A DNA stretch of 64,000 nt from a virus, in the IMG/VR virus record IMGVR_UViG_3300020190_000010, positions 32,001-96,000 of that record. One strand, written 5' to 3'. The notes under the pieces were generated by a model that saw only the letters and a program-made list of their open reading frames with translations, was not told where the DNA came from and ran no database searches. The translations under genes and the position numbers were made by a program. Shown piece by piece: positions 10,825 through 20,043 of the stretch; positions within the stretch are counted from its first letter, which is position 1; the number at the start of each line of letters is the position of its first letter.

Positions 10825-11910
10825 ATGGACTCATTATCATTTAAGAAATTTACAAACGATGCACTTTCAACATCGCAACGTGAAGTAGTTACGGCACCAT
10901 TGTGGTCTGAAGAACAAAGTAAATTATCAACTGTATTTACAAGTTCCGCACAATCTGATAATGAAAAACGATATTATTATGAAATTTTTAATAGTCAATC
11001 AAATACAATAGGTGCAGAATCACAATTTAGTATTGCGTATGGCGATGTTATGGGCAGTGGTTCATCAACAGGTTCTTATGGATTTGATACATTAGATTAT
11101 CCAACAAAGGCGATATATTCTCAATATAGACAATTATTGCTTACCAATCAAAATTTATTTAAGTTTGAAAATGATGAAACATCTGAATATGTTTATATTG
11201 TTAATGTAAACCGTGCTCGTTTCAAAGATAGAATGGACACTAATACTTGGCAATTAAACTTAATGCATATAAATGGAACTGGTAGTGCTCTTCTCGGTCA
11301 AGTTGTTGTTTCATCATCAAATAAAATGATTTCATTGATAGATGATTCTGGACAATCAACTACCGAATCTGCAACATTAGGTGGTAGAGTACATTATGTT
11401 AGAAGTGGATCATTAGTAAATGGTATTTATACTGCAGATACAACTCCGTGGGGATTGTTTTATCCAGACTATGGTGTAATTGTTTTGAACGGAAAGGCAT
11501 TAGATGCATCTTCTTCATTTTCAACTGCAAGATCTGTTGCTGGTAGTGGTAGTCAATTTGGTGGTGGTGCAGATAATATATTTAGATTTTGGACATCAAT
11601 AAGTGGTGCTATGTCATACGATCCAAATAGTGGATCATTTCAAGGTGCTACCAGTGAAGTAATTGCATCAACCTATTACTATGCTAGACTATTAAATAAT
11701 GAATTTAACTATACAGGAAATCCAAGTTTTTATTCTGGTAGTAGAAATGAATTAAAATGGCCAGGTATGTATAATGATCCAAGAGTATATTTAACTACTG
11801 TTGGTTTATATGATGACAATTATCAATTATTGGCTGTTGCTAAATTAAATGAGGCGGTTGCAAAAACATTTGACAAAGAAATTGTTATTAAAGTAAAACT
11901 TGATTATTAA
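10825..11910 (+). CDS. Baseplate/tail structural protein, paralogue 2
   Basis: FSIAYGD, TKAIYSQYR, SLIDDSG, YLTTVGLYDD..LLAVAKL..IKVKLDY. Confidence 0.7.
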   Translation: MDSLSFKKFTNDALSTSQREVVTAPLWSEEQSKLSTVFTSSAQSDNEKRYYYEIFNSQSNTIGAESQFSIAYGDVMGSGSSTGSYGFDTLDYPTKAIYSQYRQLLLTNQNLFKFENDETSEYVYIVNVNRARFKDRMDTNTWQLNLMHINGTGSALLGQVVVSSSNKMISLIDDSGQSTTESATLGGRVHYVRSGSLVNGIYTADTTPWGLFYPDYGVIVLNGKALDASSSFSTARSVAGSGSQFGGGADNIFRFWTSISGAMSYDPNSGSFQGATSEVIASTYYYARLLNNEFNYTGNPSFYSGSRNELKWPGMYNDPRVYLTTVGLYDDNYQLLAVAKLNEAVAKTFDKEIVIKVKLDY

Positions 11911-11918
11911 GGCGATAT

Positions 11919-14900
11919 ATGAATGAATACTTTGACGATGGCGTTTTCGGTTTAATTACATCTGGTGTAACCGCAATTACACAGAAGAATGCATCTGTTA
12001 TAGATACAACAATAACCGCATTACAAGCTGAAATACAAAAACAACAGGGTAATATAGATTATTGGAGAGATCTTGATAGACAAGATATTGTTGATGAACT
12101 TACTCTCATTCAAAATATCGCAAGACAATTTGTTACATTATTCAATGTTTATTTCAGATACTTAACTGATACAGGCGGAACAGGAACTCCTCCATATACT
12201 GATTGGGCTGATGAATATAATTCATTTCTTGGTGTATCACCAAAAACAATAGTTAGTGGATCACAATTACCTTCTGGTACAAATCAAAGTTCATTGGAAT
12301 ATGGTACATGGCAAAAATTAAAAAACATGCTAACTACTGGTCAAACTGGAACACCTTATACCCAACCACCACCACCACAGGGAATGCAACAGCGTGCAGC
12401 ATGGATGCAAAAACCATTTACATTACCAATTGACAATGCAAAAGATTGCATGTTTTATATTGAAACTAGAGAAGTTGATCCAGGTGGAACAAGAAGTATA
12501 GTAATTGGAAGTAATACATATACCATAAAAAATCCAACAGTTTTAGAATTTAAGTTACACAGATGTTGCAATGTCAAAGTTCCAAAAGTAGTTGATCAAT
12601 GTGGTAATTGTCCTACAGGAACAAATCAAAAATATAAGGCAAATGAACGGCACATAATAATTGATTGGACAAGATTAGTTACCGGAAAATTATCATATAC
12701 ATTACAAGATTGTCAAGGTCTTCAAACAAAAAAGGTAAATTACAATTATTGGTATGATTCAGACGAAGTTTGGGAAAACTTTTTATCAATAACAAAAAAT
12801 TACAATATAGTAGTTCCTGATGGTCAAAATGAAGCATCATGTGCAGTTGATATGCAATTTGATCCTGAGGATTATCCATATTCAACACAATCTCGTCAAT
12901 TCTCTCTTGTAAATTTACAAGAACATTTAATATCAAGAACAATTGATCCTACTGTTTACAGTAAATATCCAAACAATAGAGGAAGAGAATTGCGTGGAGC
13001 ATATGCCACAAGTCTTGGAACTCTATGCACCGAAGCGTATAATAAACAATTTGTTAGTCCTCACGGTGATATTGGTGAGTTAATTGGTTCAAAAAAGGGG
13101 ATGCTTCCAGATAATTTTGATAGAATATTTGCATATGCTTCACCAAAGTGGTTTGATTACACAAATATAGGATTCATAAGTCATGTTGAAGCTGTTTATA
13201 GAGGAAATACAAAATCAAATCCTGGTAGTATCAGTATAAGTGAATGGTATTCAAATGCATCATTAACCAATGAATTTGAACTAATTTCTGATATTCAGCA
13301 TTTTGATAATCCCATAGTTGAAAGAACGTCATGGCCTTATGTTGATCCTCTATCCTCTAATCCAAATGATAGATTATATCCGTTAGTGCCTTCTGTGAAA
13401 GCAAAAGGTGGTGGGGAAATTGCATGTCAATCACCAAACATTACACCAACTGGTTATGATTGTAATAGACCATTTAGTGAAACTAGAGGATTTAATTGGA
13501 TATTAAAAGAATCTCCTGTAAATGTTTTTAGAGACATTGAAGATTTTTCAAATGCGTATAATCAATCAACAAAAAGATTTGTTGGATTAACAGATAATAA
13601 TACATTTGACGGATCAGTAAAAATTGCATCCGGACAAATCTTTAAGATTTTTGATGGTGGCGGATCTGTATTGAGATTTAATAACTTTACAGATGTTCCA
13701 AACATCCAAGTTCCTGGTAAACCTTGTTTTGTTGGAACTGAAAGAACATACAAAATTGATATTAAACGCCAACAAAAAGTTTATATTAAATTAGAATGTA
13801 ATGCTTGGGGCGAAATTCCATATTTTTCAAAACCAACAGATGTCCCAAAAGCCGCTGGCGATTCAAGATTTGACAATTCAGATTTTACAGGAAATGCTGG
13901 TATTATATCAAGAGGACCATATGTAACTCAAATGGTTAAAGGTGGTGCTGGAACAACAATGGGTTCTTATCCAGGTGCTATACTTGAAGAATCAACTGGA
14001 CAATGGTATATTTACAAAGAAGTATTTACACCATTTTTAGATGGAAATGGTAATAGAGACTTCAAAACAATTCTTGGTAATACAATATCTCTGAATAAAA
14101 ACGGTGTTGGTTGTCAGCCATCAAGAGAAGAATGTGCTAGAACAGAACCACAAGTTGATCCAAATAATGTTTGTGGTTGCACCGAATTTATTATAGAAAC
14201 TTGCGATGATGTATATGATTCATTTACATATACAGATTTCATGGATAGACAAACGCATGTAAAAGAATACAGAATTGCTAAGGAGTTTCCTGCTGATCCA
14301 CAATACCGTTGGTTACGAGCAACAGAAAGAATATACTCAACCGTATTATCTGGAAGACCAGAGTGTAATCCTTCACCAGTTAGAATGCATCATCCTTTCT
14401 TGTTTGGTGCAGATGTGCTAACAGGTATAAAGAAAAATATAGTTTTTGGTTTATTCAATGGAATGCAATCACCGACTTGTTATTTAACAAGTTCCGTTCA
14501 ACCTACTGCATCAAAAGAATACTATTATGATATAACTGATTGTGATAGTTGCACAACAAATCCATATTATGCAATTGCTTATGGACATTATGAAGGTTCT
14601 GGATCTACAAGTATTGGTTATGATTATAGTGATAGTGCAACTAAGGCAATATATTCACAATATAGATTATTGGCACTTGAACATCCAGAAACAAGATTTA
14701 AGTTTTATGATGTTGGAACCGAAACAACACCAAAGGGAATATATGCAATAAACTTTTATAGAGATGGTTTGAGTCACAGATTGGATCCTGGCAATTTTCA
14801 AATAAATCTTGCAGGATTAAGTGGAAGTGCTTTTGCTAATAATGTTCACACAGGAAGTAATGTTCAAATATCTGGTTCAAATCCAACGATATTGTCACTA

Positions 14901-15485
14901 ATTGATAATTCCGGTGATATTGATGAAAGTAAATTTTGTTTAGAGGATCCGTATTCATATTATGATATTGTTAGTGGTTCACTTTCAAATGGTGTTCATA
15001 ATAGTGGAACTGGAAGTATATTGACCAATACAAACATAACAACTTATGGTAGAGTATATCCAAATATAGGCGTTGTTATATTGAACGGTGATAAATTTGA
15101 TAGTATTTTAGGATTTAATTCTGTAACTGGAAGTAACATTGCAGGTGATAATGCTTGGAAAATACATACATCTATAAGTGGTGCAGCTGCTCTTGGACAA
15201 CCTATTAAAGCTAGAAATGTAAGAACAAAAACAACAAATCATTATTTTGTTCGTGTTCCAACAACTGAGGCAAATTATAGCACAAATCCTACTTATGTAC
15301 TAAACGATGGTGAAAAACGCGGTCACTTAAAGTATGAGTGTTTTGTAAACGATCCAGTAACATACATTACATCAGTTGGTCTTTACAATGACAAAACAGA
15401 ATTACTTGCTGTTGCAAAATTAAGTAGACCTATTCAGAAAACGCCAGATAACGATGTTCTAATTAAAATAAGGTTAAATTGGTAA
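11919..15485 (+). CDS. Baseplate/tail structural protein, paralogue 3, with a large Cys-rich N-terminal extension
   Basis: The C-terminal ~350 aa carry the paralogue motifs (YAIAYGH, TKAIYSQYR, RLDPGNF, YITSVGLYN..LLAVAKL). Confidence 0.7.
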   Translation: MNEYFDDGVFGLITSGVTAITQKNASVIDTTITALQAEIQKQQGNIDYWRDLDRQDIVDELTLIQNIARQFVTLFNVYFRYLTDTGGTGTPPYTDWADEYNSFLGVSPKTIVSGSQLPSGTNQSSLEYGTWQKLKNMLTTGQTGTPYTQPPPPQGMQQRAAWMQKPFTLPIDNAKDCMFYIETREVDPGGTRSIVIGSNTYTIKNPTVLEFKLHRCCNVKVPKVVDQCGNCPTGTNQKYKANERHIIIDWTRLVTGKLSYTLQDCQGLQTKKVNYNYWYDSDEVWENFLSITKNYNIVVPDGQNEASCAVDMQFDPEDYPYSTQSRQFSLVNLQEHLISRTIDPTVYSKYPNNRGRELRGAYATSLGTLCTEAYNKQFVSPHGDIGELIGSKKGMLPDNFDRIFAYASPKWFDYTNIGFISHVEAVYRGNTKSNPGSISISEWYSNASLTNEFELISDIQHFDNPIVERTSWPYVDPLSSNPNDRLYPLVPSVKAKGGGEIACQSPNITPTGYDCNRPFSETRGFNWILKESPVNVFRDIEDFSNAYNQSTKRFVGLTDNNTFDGSVKIASGQIFKIFDGGGSVLRFNNFTDVPNIQVPGKPCFVGTERTYKIDIKRQQKVYIKLECNAWGEIPYFSKPTDVPKAAGDSRFDNSDFTGNAGIISRGPYVTQMVKGGAGTTMGSYPGAILEESTGQWYIYKEVFTPFLDGNGNRDFKTILGNTISLNKNGVGCQPSREECARTEPQVDPNNVCGCTEFIIETCDDVYDSFTYTDFMDRQTHVKEYRIAKEFPADPQYRWLRATERIYSTVLSGRPECNPSPVRMHHPFLFGADVLTGIKKNIVFGLFNGMQSPTCYLTSSVQPTASKEYYYDITDCDSCTTNPYYAIAYGHYEGSGSTSIGYDYSDSATKAIYSQYRLLALEHPETRFKFYDVGTETTPKGIYAINFYRDGLSHRLDPGNFQINLAGLSGSAFANNVHTGSNVQISGSNPTILSLIDNSGDIDESKFCLEDPYSYYDIVSGSLSNGVHNSGTGSILTNTNITTYGRVYPNIGVVILNGDKFDSILGFNSVTGSNIAGDNAWKIHTSISGAAALGQPIKARNVRTKTTNHYFVRVPTTEANYSTNPTYVLNDGEKRGHLKYECFVNDPVTYITSVGLYNDKTELLAVAKLSRPIQKTPDNDVLIKIRLNW

Positions 15486-15486
15486 T

Positions 15487-16008
15487 ATGATATGGGATAG
15501 AACAAAAACTCTTGCTATTTTATCAAATTTTTATGTTTACATGGTTCCAAGTGTAAGTATTTTTGGTGAATTATACAATTTAACAGTAATTGAAGATGAA
15601 TTGCAAGATCAAGTATTACGATTAGAATTTCATAACGAACAGCTGTTGCCAAGAGTTGGATTAAAAAAAGTTGTTGATAATGTTATTGCAAGAAAAAGTG
15701 CAGAATTTTTCATAAGACTAATACAAGATTCAAAATTTCATGTTAAAGATGGATTAGATTATCTAGAATTTATTGAAGGCATAGAGTATGCATTAGATAA
15801 GTTAAATTCATACGATAAAGTATTAACTGACATAGTTATAGAGGATCAAAAAGATGTATCTTTAATTGAATTTAGTGTGAATTTTATTGCTGCACTTAAT
15901 GACAAACAAAATGAAATTGAAGAATCTGAAACAGAAGATCAACTTGCAGAAACATTTTTTGATTCACCGATAGATACTAGATTTTTAATAGATGATACAG
16001 AAATTTAA
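15487..16008 (+). CDS. Hypothetical acidic protein
   Basis: 173-aa ORF starting 1 nt after the upstream stop; no recognisable motif. Confidence 0.6.
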   Translation: MIWDRTKTLAILSNFYVYMVPSVSIFGELYNLTVIEDELQDQVLRLEFHNEQLLPRVGLKKVVDNVIARKSAEFFIRLIQDSKFHVKDGLDYLEFIEGIEYALDKLNSYDKVLTDIVIEDQKDVSLIEFSVNFIAALNDKQNEIEESETEDQLAETFFDSPIDTRFLIDDTEI

Positions 16009-16046
16009 TATACAAAAATTATTTATTAAAAATAAAATGGTTACAA

Positions 16047-17330
16047 ATGAAAATAGATAGACTTAAAATAAATAAATACATTCTTGAATTATTAAAAAGT
16101 TACGTTGATTTTGTAAAAGAAAACGATTTTGTAACTCCAGATAAAATTACTGTATTAAATCGCACAACAAGTGGTTCAGTTTTTCCAGAAATAGAGTTCA
16201 TAAATGAAGCTCTAAATCTTGGTGTTCCATCATTAAACTATAAGGAATTATCGAAAGAAACCGATTATACACCTGCCATAAAAAAACAAACTACAAGAGG
16301 TTTATTTGGGTGTGCAACAAATGAAAAATTGGAAACATTCTATACTGGTTCAGTATTATCCAATCAACAAAATTATTATATGTCTGTTTATGATAAATTG
16401 CCAAGTGATATAAATACACATCACGAATTTGATATTGCATATGCACATATATCTGGATCAGGTTCTTCATATACACAAATAGACGGAACATATACAACAG
16501 AATTTTTGCCAGCAAAAACTATGTTTCGTAAATATATGTTAGATTGTTTTGATAAAACTGATGGTAAATTTGAATTTAAGAATGGTGCAAACGGTAACTA
16601 TTTTTATGTTTTACATTTTAATAGACAATCATTTAAGGACAGGTTAGATCCTGGTAATTTTCAAATGACTATTTCTCCCATTGTTTCAAATCCAAATCAA
16701 TTATACAATACAGGAAGTAATTTTTATTTCAATACTGCATCAAATACTATATTTACATTGATAGATGATAGTTCTGACTCAAAAGAACAAATAACATACA
16801 TGGAAGAAGTAAAAGATTATTACTACCTTGTTTCTGGATCTCTTTTAGATGGTGTATATGATGATAGTGGTTCAAATGCTTGGGGTATAGTTATTCCAAA
16901 AAAGGGTATTGTTATTTTAGATGGTGTTGTTTTGGATCAATCATGTTCATTTAATACCGTTACTGCTTCTATTGATGGTGATAACATTAAAAAATTATTT
17001 TATGCAATAAGTGGTTCAACTGCACCAAATAGTGTAAGAAATAACTATGGTTCTTGGTTTGCTAGATCATCGGAATGTAATTTAGTAGAAACATATTTTT
17101 GTAGAGTTCGACCAAATGAAATGAGTTATTCAAATAATCCTACTTATGTAAGTGGTAGTAATAAAGAACTACGCTATAAATCACCAGTAGATGATTCATT
17201 TGCTTACATAACAACCGTTGGTTTGTATAATAATAAAAGACAACTTATTGCAGTTGGTAAATTAGAAAAACCAATTCTAAAAAAGAAGAGCGATGAATGT
17301 ATATTTCAAGTTAAAGTGAGAACAAACTAA
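16047..17330 (+). CDS. Baseplate/tail structural protein, paralogue 4
   Basis: FDIAYAH, DRLDPGNF, TLIDDSS, YITTVGLYN..LIAVGKL. Confidence 0.7.
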   Translation: MKIDRLKINKYILELLKSYVDFVKENDFVTPDKITVLNRTTSGSVFPEIEFINEALNLGVPSLNYKELSKETDYTPAIKKQTTRGLFGCATNEKLETFYTGSVLSNQQNYYMSVYDKLPSDINTHHEFDIAYAHISGSGSSYTQIDGTYTTEFLPAKTMFRKYMLDCFDKTDGKFEFKNGANGNYFYVLHFNRQSFKDRLDPGNFQMTISPIVSNPNQLYNTGSNFYFNTASNTIFTLIDDSSDSKEQITYMEEVKDYYYLVSGSLLDGVYDDSGSNAWGIVIPKKGIVILDGVVLDQSCSFNTVTASIDGDNIKKLFYAISGSTAPNSVRNNYGSWFARSSECNLVETYFCRVRPNEMSYSNNPTYVSGSNKELRYKSPVDDSFAYITTVGLYNNKRQLIAVGKLEKPILKKKSDECIFQVKVRTN

Positions 17331-19045
17331 TGTCATTTCAATTCGGAAATACAATAAGTGTTGCTTGGAAAAAATTAAAAGCCGGTGATTATACTGTTAG
17401 GTCATTTGAGGCAAATAAACTTTGGAAAATAAACACAGATACAAATGACCAATACTATTACGATAAAATTGGAACAAAAGTATACCGTGCACTATATGCA
17501 GAAAATCATAAGTATTTTGGCAAAGTTGCAAATTTAAGTTCTTCTTTATATGAAAGAGTTTTTACTTCACAAAGTTTAGATCCAAAACTTTTATGGTATC
17601 ATCTTGACCATTCTTTTTATACAGAATATCAAACAGGAAAATTTCCTGTTTATATTACAGAGGATGCAACATTAACATATCTTTGGCAATCAAGTTCAAT
17701 GGTTGTATTTCCAATGGGTGTTTTTGGTGAAGGAATAAAGAAAAAAAGTTTTACTATGACCAATTACAGTAGCACATCTTCAAAAGAATTTACAGTAGTT
17801 GATGACGGATTTGGTAATCTAATAGATACTTCATACGATACTGAACATTTTATACCGATAGAAAATAATCTTCTATATGTTGGTTTCAATGAAAAGTATA
17901 GAGAATACAATTACAAAAATGAAAAATTGGAATATGTATTAGATACTTCGAGAAATAGATATAATGTAAAATTATTTAATCCGAAAAAAATAAGTTACAA
18001 TGATGGAATACCAACAAGTGATACAAATGAATCAACTGGTGTTTCTGCTAATTTATATGGTTCTTATTTTCAAGTAGAAGAAGCACCGTATTTTAATTTT
18101 ACAAGGTTAAACAATTTTGCTTTTAGTTTTTGGATGAAAATACCACCAACACAATCAATGCTTACTTCCGATTACAACGCAATCTTTAATAAAAATACAA
18201 TTGAAAAAAAAGATATAAATGGAATAACATCAACAATTTTAAGTGTTTCGGAACAATATCCATTTGATATTTCATTATTAAATGTGTCATCTTCTTCACC
18301 AAATTCAATAAGATTTAGACAAAGTTCAGAATTAGAGACTGCATTTGTTACTTCAAGTGCATTAACGCCAAATTCTTGGTATCATGTTGTGTGTCAGAAA
18401 ACAGGAAGCAATTATCAAATATGGTTAAACGGTGCATTAAATGCATCTTCAAGTGCATTCGTTTCAAATAAAATACTAAATAATAACAATTTTTATATTG
18501 GTGATGATGGAACTGGAACAAAATGTTTATCTGGTTCTTTGGATGAAATTCGTATTTACAAAAAAGGTTTAACCTCAAATCAAATAAATTCTTTGTATGA
18601 TAACAGTTTTGAAACAGGATCTGCATATCAAACCAATAGAATTGGCAATATATTTTACAAAAAAGGAATTGTTGTTGTTTCTGATCCAAGACCTAAATAT
18701 GCAAATACATTTTTAGGTGAAACTGGTAATTTTGATTACAATGATTTAACAGATGGTTTTTATGGACAATTTAGAAGCACAACAACAATGTATGAACATG
18801 AAATTGTTTGTAAAATTCGCAAACATGAATTTAATTATACACAAAATCCATCTATATTAAAAGATGTGCAATCCGGTCCTTCATTATTAGATACCTATGT
18901 AACTAATCCATATTTCAATCCATACATAACAACAGTTGGATTATACAATAAAGATAGAGAGTTAGTTGCAGTTGCTAAAGTGGCAAATCCGATAGAAAAA
19001 AGAGACGATGTAGATATGAATATCATTGTAAGGTTTGATATGTAA
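17330..19045 (+). CDS. Baseplate/tail structural protein, paralogue 5, with inserted LamG domain
   Basis: FSFWMK, WYHVVC, IWLNG, FYIG and SGSLDEIRIY form the LamG signature; C-terminal YITTVGLYN..LVAVAK. Confidence 0.75.
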   Translation: MSFQFGNTISVAWKKLKAGDYTVRSFEANKLWKINTDTNDQYYYDKIGTKVYRALYAENHKYFGKVANLSSSLYERVFTSQSLDPKLLWYHLDHSFYTEYQTGKFPVYITEDATLTYLWQSSSMVVFPMGVFGEGIKKKSFTMTNYSSTSSKEFTVVDDGFGNLIDTSYDTEHFIPIENNLLYVGFNEKYREYNYKNEKLEYVLDTSRNRYNVKLFNPKKISYNDGIPTSDTNESTGVSANLYGSYFQVEEAPYFNFTRLNNFAFSFWMKIPPTQSMLTSDYNAIFNKNTIEKKDINGITSTILSVSEQYPFDISLLNVSSSSPNSIRFRQSSELETAFVTSSALTPNSWYHVVCQKTGSNYQIWLNGALNASSSAFVSNKILNNNNFYIGDDGTGTKCLSGSLDEIRIYKKGLTSNQINSLYDNSFETGSAYQTNRIGNIFYKKGIVVVSDPRPKYANTFLGETGNFDYNDLTDGFYGQFRSTTTMYEHEIVCKIRKHEFNYTQNPSILKDVQSGPSLLDTYVTNPYFNPYITTVGLYNKDRELVAVAKVANPIEKRDDVDMNIIVRFDM

Positions 19046-19046
19046 T

Positions 19047-19454
19047 ATGCGTAGAAATCAAGTTGCAATTAAACATGGTTTTCGTAGTGGTTTGGAAGAT
19101 ATAGTAAATGATATGTTGAAAGAAAACGGTAAATCATTCAGTTACGAAAGTGAAAAAATATCCTACATCCAACCGGAAACTAAACACAATTATACACCAG
19201 ATTTTGTCCTAAACAAAACGGATGGCAACAAAATGTATATTGAAACAAAGGGTAGATGGGTAAAGACAGACCGATTGAAGTTTGATTTGATATTTGACCA
19301 ATATCCTGGTATAGATATTCGTTTTGTATTCCAAAATCCAAATGCAAAATTATACAAAGGAAGTAAAACAACCTATGCTCAATACTGTGATAAGAAAGGG
19401 TGGCGTTGGGCAAAGAAAGAAATACCAGAGGAATGGTTGAAAGAATGCTTGTAA
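19047..19454 (+). CDS. T7 endonuclease I-like Holliday junction resolvase
   Basis: FRSGLE, YESEKISY, YTPDF, IETKG and IRFVFQ motifs; ATG at 19047 preferred over TTG at 19035. Confidence 0.9.
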   Translation: MRRNQVAIKHGFRSGLEDIVNDMLKENGKSFSYESEKISYIQPETKHNYTPDFVLNKTDGNKMYIETKGRWVKTDRLKFDLIFDQYPGIDIRFVFQNPNAKLYKGSKTTYAQYCDKKGWRWAKKEIPEEWLKECL

Positions 19455-19478
19455 TTGTAACAAATTTTTCTTATATTT
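19431..19478 (+). repeat. 48-bp direct repeat, copy 1
   Basis: gaatggttgaaagaatgcttgtaattgtaacaaatttttcttatattt; 47/48 identical to 19964-20011. Confidence 0.95.
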
Positions 19479-19480
19479 AT
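19473..19480 (+). promoter_or_regulatory. Candidate late promoter ATATTTAT
   Basis: Exact motif 33 nt upstream of the 99-aa ORF. Confidence 0.6.
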
Positions 19481-19513
19481 TGGTATACCAAGTATTTTTT
19501 TTGGAGATTATGA

Positions 19514-19813
19514 ATGAATAAACAAAGAATGCAAAAACTTGCTGGTCTTTTGAAGGAAAACATCAATGAAGCCAGTGGTAAAATCAATGCGAAAATTACA
19601 GCTGTTGAATTTGATTTTGAATCAGATGACGATTATGGGGATGTATCTCCAGCAGAACAGAAAAAATTTGTTGCTTCTGTAATAGGTAAAACGTATCAAG
19701 TTGATGACGAAGATGAAATTGCAGACGCTATTTCAGACGATACAGGGTGGTTAGTAATGAGTTTACAATACGAACTTCAAGATGCAATAGTTCAACGTAA
19801 AATGAAAAAGTAA
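19514..19813 (+). CDS. Small acidic protein, probable internal head protein
   Basis: GGAG at 19503; N-terminal RMQKLAGLLKENINE resembles the scaffold C-terminus RLRKLAGLK. Confidence 0.7.
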   Translation: MNKQRMQKLAGLLKENINEASGKINAKITAVEFDFESDDDYGDVSPAEQKKFVASVIGKTYQVDDEDEIADAISDDTGWLVMSLQYELQDAIVQRKMKK

Positions 19814-19831
19814 AATCTTCTTAAAGAAGCC

Positions 19832-19987
19832 ATGGGGCTAACCATAGACCAAAATCTTCCGAATGCTACCAACAAAATTACATCATTCAGCAATGAATAT
19901 TGGAATAAAATACGGGAGTATGAAAGAAATACGGTGGAACCTTTCACGGAGCGGTTGGCAGAAGAATGGTTAAAAGAATGCTTGTAA
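19832..19987 (+). CDS. 51-aa ORF ending in the resolvase C-terminal peptide EEWLKECL
   Basis: Translated by hand: MGLTIDQNLPNATNKITSFSNEYWNKIREYERNTVEPFTERLAEEWLKECL; below the ORF-track cutoff; no clear SD. Confidence 0.35.
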   Translation: MGLTIDQNLPNATNKITSFSNEYWNKIREYERNTVEPFTERLAEEWLKECL

Positions 19988-20011
19988 TTGTAACAAATTT
20001 TTCTTATATTT
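19964..20011 (+). repeat. 48-bp direct repeat, copy 2
   Basis: gaatggttaaaagaatgcttgtaattgtaacaaatttttcttatattt. Confidence 0.95.
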
Positions 20012-20012
20012 G
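19982..20012 (+). promoter_or_regulatory. Bacteroidota-type primary sigma promoter (-33 TTG, -7 TATATTTG)
   Basis: TTG at 19982-19984, 20-nt spacer, TAnnTTTG at 20005-20012; upstream of primase. Confidence 0.7.
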
Positions 20013-20043
20013 TTACAAGTATTATTTTCCGTAAAGTGTGGTT

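Noticed and set aside
11919-16120. Possible similarity between the 173-aa ORF and the N-terminus of the 1188-aa paralogue
   Set aside because: Only a weak helical pattern by eye; not supportable without an alignment.
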